DNA of 64,000 nt from an uncultured Nitrospiraceae bacterium (GTDB lineage Bacteria > Nitrospirota > Nitrospiria > Nitrospirales > Nitrospiraceae): positions 992,001-1,056,000 of the forward strand of contig CAVSTP010000002.1 in assembly GCA_963730935.1 (NCBI GenBank), in the 5' to 3' direction. Numbering within the stretch: position 1 is the first letter of the stretch; every line of letters starts with the position of its first letter. The position numbers were made by a program, and so were the translations under genes. The notes beneath the pieces were generated by a model, which saw only the letters and a program-made list of their open reading frames with translations, was not told where the DNA came from and did no database searches. Of the stretch, positions 60,881 through 64,000 are shown in pieces.

Positions 60881-62405
60881 AGGGAATCTGTTCAATGAGA
60901 TCGCCGGCGATCATGCCGGCAAATCCCAGTCGACCAGCCGCCAGGTCGCCTGCTGCCCCATGCAAATAGGTCGCAGCACAGGCTGCTTCCCAGGACGGAA
61001 CGCCTTGTGCGAGGAGGCCGACGACCATTCCGGTGAGCACATCTCCCGTTCCTGCGGTGGCCATTCCCGGGTTGCCCGTCGGACAGACCATGAGCAGACC
61101 ATCGGGTCTTGCGACCACCGTCCGGGCGCCCTTCAGGACGACAAAGACGCCTCGTTCTCGGGCAAAACGTCTGGCCGTGCCGAGGCGGTCGGCATTGACG
61201 CTTTGTGACGTCGCGCCAACTTCCAACCGGGCCATCTCGCCGGGATGAGGTGTCAGGATAGGAGGCGTCTTGCATTCCGTCAGCAAGGACGCGCGACTCG
61301 CCAAGGCATTGAGGGCATCGGCATCGAGCACCGATGGGCGGTCAAGATGTTTCATTAAGGACTGCACCACCTCCACCGTCTCTGGATTGGTCGACAGCCC
61401 CGGACCGATGGCAATCGCCGTTCTCGCTTGAATGAAGCCGAGGATCCGGTCAAACCCGGAGCGACCGAGCGTGCGGGCCTTGGTCTCGGGTAGGGGCACC
61501 GTCATGGCCTCGAGCAGTTTGGCCTCGAGGACGTCGTTGACGCTGGCCGGCACGCCGACGGTCACCAAGCCGGCGCCTATCCGAAGCGCCGCCTTCGAAG
61601 CGAGGGCTGCAGCCCCGCTTTTGCCCACCGAGCCTGCAAGAATTCCCGCATGACCATACGTACCTTTGTGGGAAGATGCGGATCGCGGAGGCAGAACCGT
61701 TTTCACGAAATCTTGGGTGATCAACAAGGTTCGGCCATCAATCTCGTTCACATAGGCGGCTGGAATCCCGATATCGACGACATGGATGACGCCGGCGTGA
61801 TCAATGCCGGCACCCACATAGAGCCCGAGTTTGGGCAGGCCGAACGTCACCGTGACCGAGGCTCGGACGGCGCACCCCAGCAGCGCTCCGTCGTCTGCAT
61901 GAATGCCCGACGGCATATCGACGGAGACAACCGGGCTGCCGGCCCGGTTCATCAAGCGGATGGCCTCGCGATAGGGGCCGGTGACGGGGGTCGAAAGGCC
62001 CGTGCCAAGGAGCGCATCAACGATGAGCTCACTGTCGGCGAGAAGCGCTTCCGCCTGTTCGGGAGATTTGAATGACTTGGTCGCCGAAGTTCCTCCGACT
62101 CGGAGCCAGCGGCGATACATGGCTTTGGCGTCCCGGCTCAATTCCGCAGCCGGTGCCAGCAACAGCACGGTGACGCGTGCCCGACGTTGACGCAACAGCC
62201 TGGCGACCACCAATCCGTCACCGCCGTTGTTGCCCTTGCCGCACACAATCGTAACACGCTTGCCGGCAAGCGGACCGAACTGGTTCCGGAGAACATCCGC
62301 TGTTCCAGATCCGGCACGCTCCATCAGCGTCAGACCCGGCACCCGAGCTTCCGTAATGGTGCGCCGGTCCAGAGCCTGCATCTGCGTTGCCGTCACGATT
62401 TTCAT
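60855..62405 (-). CDS. nnr: Bifunctional NAD(P)HX epimerase/dehydratase
   Basis: CGKGNNGGDG, DALLGTG, HKGTYG, TPHPGEM, GTGDVL. Confidence 0.95.
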   Translation of the reverse strand: MKIVTATQMQALDRRTITEARVPGLTLMERAGSGTADVLRNQFGPLAGKRVTIVCGKGNNGGDGLVVARLLRQRRARVTVLLLAPAAELSRDAKAMYRRWLRVGGTSATKSFKSPEQAEALLADSELIVDALLGTGLSTPVTGPYREAIRLMNRAGSPVVSVDMPSGIHADDGALLGCAVRASVTVTFGLPKLGLYVGAGIDHAGVIHVVDIGIPAAYVNEIDGRTLLITQDFVKTVLPPRSASSHKGTYGHAGILAGSVGKSGAAALASKAALRIGAGLVTVGVPASVNDVLEAKLLEAMTVPLPETKARTLGRSGFDRILGFIQARTAIAIGPGLSTNPETVEVVQSLMKHLDRPSVLDADALNALASRASLLTECKTPPILTPHPGEMARLEVGATSQSVNADRLGTARRFARERGVFVVLKGARTVVARPDGLLMVCPTGNPGMATAGTGDVLTGMVVGLLAQGVPSWEAACAATYLHGAAGDLAAGRLGFAGMIAGDLIEQIPYAIQTVAG

Positions 62406-62453
62406 TCTGCGGCTCGCGCGATCACTGGCAGCCTACGAGAAGGTGGGCTCGAT

Positions 62454-63167
62454 CTAGTTGAGCAGTACTTTCATCTCACGAACCGCCTGATCGAGGCCGA
62501 CTAGGATGGCCCGTGCGATGATGCTGTGGCCGATGTTGTATTCCACGATCTCGGGGATATGGGTCAAGCGCTTGACGTTTTGGTAGTTCAATCCATGACC
62601 GGCGTTAACGCCCATCCCCAGTTTGTATGCCAGCTTCGCCGCCTGCGTGATGGCTTCGAATTCGGCATCCGCTTCCTTTGATCGCTTCGCGTTGGCATAT
62701 CGCCCTGTATGGAGCTCGACGAAGTCCGCGGAGATCTTGTGCGCGGCTCTGATATGGCCGAGGTCCGGCTCGATGAACAGGCTCACGGGAATTCCTCCGT
62801 CATGCAGCATCCCGATGATTTGCTGGAGGCGGTCTTTATGGGCGGGGACGTCGAGTCCGCCCTCCGTCGTGAGTTCCTGGCGCTTTTCCGGGACGAGCGT
62901 GACCAGATCCGGCTTGATTGTCAGCGCGATCTTGGCCATCGTCTCATCCGCTGCCATTTCCATGTCGAGCTTCGTCCGGATCAGTTCGCGGAGCAGGCGA
63001 AGGTCGCGGTCCTGGATGTGCCGGCGATCCTCCCGCAGATGCACGACGATGCCGTCTGCGCCGGCCAACTCGACCAACACCGCCGCGGCCAGAGGATCGG
63101 GATCGTTTCCGCCGCGCGCTTGCCGCAGTGTGGCGACGTGATCGACATTCACACCGAGTCGGGCCAC
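62454..63167 (-). CDS. pdxJ: Pyridoxine 5'-phosphate synthase
   Basis: [33 protein letters not shown] start after GGAGG. Confidence 0.97.
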   Translation of the reverse strand: MARLGVNVDHVATLRQARGGNDPDPLAAAVLVELAGADGIVVHLREDRRHIQDRDLRLLRELIRTKLDMEMAADETMAKIALTIKPDLVTLVPEKRQELTTEGGLDVPAHKDRLQQIIGMLHDGGIPVSLFIEPDLGHIRAAHKISADFVELHTGRYANAKRSKEADAEFEAITQAAKLAYKLGMGVNAGHGLNYQNVKRLTHIPEIVEYNIGHSIIARAILVGLDQAVREMKVLLN

Positions 63168-63351
63168 AAAGAACCTCCGATTGATTCTGGCGACGGGGGG
63201 TCGAGATTGAACGAAGATCGTGCGGACGCCGCTGTTGTAACAGAAAGCCGTTGAAGGGGGCAAGGCTGGGACAGGGGTTGACTGGCGAGGGAGGTCTAGA
63301 GCATCCGGTGAAACGATGTCCGCACGGAAACCCACAGAATAACAAGATAAT

Positions 63352-63380
63352 TTGACTCCGCGCATGCACGCAATTAGAAT
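63352..63380 (+). promoter_or_regulatory. Putative sigma70 promoter of alaC
   Basis: TTGACT-N17-TAGAAT. Confidence 0.65.
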
Positions 63381-63445
63381 AGGCCTCCAACGCACCTGTG
63401 AGGGTGGTTTCTTCCTCCGCTTGAAGAGTTCGACAGCAAACGGCC

Positions 63446-64000
63446 ATGGGATTGTCAGATAATTTTTACCGGCTGAAGCGGCTCCCCCCCTACGTCTTCG
63501 CCCAAGTCCAAACCCTTAAGCTGGAAGCTCGGCATCAAGGCGAGGACATCATCGACTTTGGAATGGGCAACCCCGATCAACCAACGCCCAACCACATCGT
63601 CGAGAAGATGATTGAAGCCGCTCGCAAGGGTAGAAATCACCGATACTCGGCCTCACGAGGCATTACCAAGCTGCGCCACGCGATTACCGCATGGTATCGG
63701 CGCAACTACGATGTGGACCTCGATCCGGAAACCGAAGCCATTGTGACGATCGGCTCCAAGGAAGGGCTGGCGCATCTGTCCCTGGCGATGATTGGCCCCG
63801 GCGATGTCGTGCTTACGCCCACGCCGACCTATCCCATTCACATGTACAGCTTCGTCATCGCAGGCGGAGAAGTCCGAGGCATCGAGTTGCGGCCGGACAG
63901 CGATTTTTTCGATGACCTCCAGCGGGTGTACCGGCAGACCTTCCCGCGGCCGAAGATTTTAGTCATCAATTTTCCGCACAATCCGACCACGGCCATTGTC
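63446..64000 (+). CDS. alaC: Class I/II aminotransferase, AlaC-like (3' truncated; not in ORF track)
   Basis: Manual translation: [18 protein letters not shown]...DFGMGNPD...HRYSASRGI...[11 protein letters not shown]...NFPHNPT. Confidence 0.85.
   Translation, partial: MGLSDNFYRLKRLPPYVFAQVQTLKLEARHQGEDIIDFGMGNPDQPTPNHIVEKMIEAARKGRNHRYSASRGITKLRHAITAWYRRNYDVDLDPETEAIVTIGSKEGLAHLSLAMIGPGDVVLTPTPTYPIHMYSFVIAGGEVRGIELRPDSDFFDDLQRVYRQTFPRPKILVINFPHNPTTAIV

Overview
GC-rich, gene-dense bacterial chromosome segment of about 66 CDS. I saw no rRNA, tRNA, CRISPR array, transposase or integrase. The gene mix suggests Nitrospira/Nitrospirota, but this is my inference and was not searched. Core genes include kbl-tdh, rpsU, nth, polA, ugd, rimP-nusA-infB-DUF503-rbfA-truB-rpsO-pnp, mutS, tsaE, nnr, pdxJ and alaC. 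The best candidate for an undescribed system is the 30.7-38.8 kb locus. It encodes an exported alkaline-phosphatase-superfamily protein lacking all expected catalytic/metal residues, a small exported Cys-pair protein, and five PBS-lyase/HEAT-repeat proteins (two with a Gly-Cys loop insertion, one with an OB-like head). An antisense His-lined beta-propeller gene interrupts it. Other notable items: a nitrosocyanin-like cupredoxin, an orphan CmlA-like diiron MBL protein, a four-helix-bundle/HemD fusion, DsrE2-TusA-DsrE sulfur carriers around ftcD, an ftcD tail reading through the rpsU promoter, a two-gene exported-protein operon with a long structured leader, and several apparently leaderless genes. 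All family calls come from motif recognition by eye.
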